DNA of 42,998 bases from contig NEEC01000056.1 in the NCBI GenBank assembly GCA_002189035.1, positions 1-42,998 of the forward strand. The letters are read 5' to 3'. Shown here one piece after another: positions 42,601-42,998 of the stretch. This DNA is from Utricularia gibba (Eukaryota > Plantae > Magnoliophyta). The position numbers and the translations under genes were made by a program. The notes beneath the pieces are model-generated. The model saw only the letters and a list, made by a program, of their open reading frames with translations, was not told the DNA's origin and did no database searches. The first letter of the stretch is position 1. Every line of letters begins with the position of its first letter.

Positions 42601-42998
42601 TAATATGTCCACAGTTATCGGACAAACGTAACTCCAAATTATAATACTTGGAGCTCGAATAGGGCTTCCCAACAGTGTGCTATGAAGAGCAAGGATCTGC
42701 ATGTTATGCAAGAGGTGCTTCGCGGACCAGGATGTGCGACGTAGTCATTTCATTGCGCATCATCATTCGGGGTGCAGCCTAAAAATCACACGTGCACCGG
42801 ATTCATTAAAAATAAATATTTACGCATATCCAGATTATATAACAGTGTTGGATAAGTGATGCCACGAAATTCATGATGTAGCATGTGACTTTTTTCCAAC
42901 TTGATCGCATAGTAGATGAATTCTGACACCATATGTTTTGGCTTTTGATTGATGCATTTAGTTGCTATGATACTTCTGATTCTTGATGCACCATTCCC
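30651..42998. repeat. Subfamily B block, about 23 monomers, more heterogeneous
   Basis: Copies mostly carry GCGAGAG, GACATAG, GCAGCC, CACCGG, CCAGATTATAT, GAAGTC and CGAATAGGG. Extra variable sites: TAGTGGC/TAGGGC, TTTTGAC/TTTTTCC, GGCCCT/GGCTT. Confidence 0.92.

Larger units (their letters stand above)
1..42998. repeat. Tandem (satellite-type) array of a 536-bp monomer, about 80-82 copies, head-to-tail, open at both window ends
   Basis: The same sequence recurs continuously. ORF-track coordinates step by exactly 536 (3850, 4386, 4922, 5458, 5994, 6530). No unique sequence longer than about 35 bp anywhere, and no large inversion seen. Confidence 0.99.

Noticed and set aside
109-42711. All ORF-track entries as protein-coding genes
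   Set aside because: They are the same 60-75 aa ORFs repeated once per monomer, freely broken or fused by indels, with no recognisable domain.
1-42998. CRISPR array
   Set aside because: There are no unique spacers. The whole 536-bp unit repeats.

Overview
The whole 43-kb window is one uninterrupted head-to-tail tandem array of a 536-bp monomer (about 40% GC, counted on copy 3721-4256). There are roughly 80-82 copies including truncated ones, all in the same orientation and running off both ends. This looks like eukaryotic satellite DNA; I do not recognise the family or host. I cannot support any protein-coding gene, rRNA, tRNA or CRISPR array. The ORF track is the same two short minus-strand ORFs recurring once per monomer, plus frameshift variants. 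The informative structure lies between copies. A mosaic left edge (1-3.3 kb) leads into a very homogeneous subfamily A block (3.3-30.3 kb). A scrambled junction (30.27-30.65 kb) separates it from a more variable subfamily B block (30.65-43 kb), which differs at 8 diagnostic sites and shows hints of dimeric and 10-mer higher-order structure. A recurrent SNP in part of A makes an internal 12-bp inverted repeat perfect. Homopolymer indels and several multi-deletion patches look like long-read or consensus error, so fine-scale claims need read-level confirmation.
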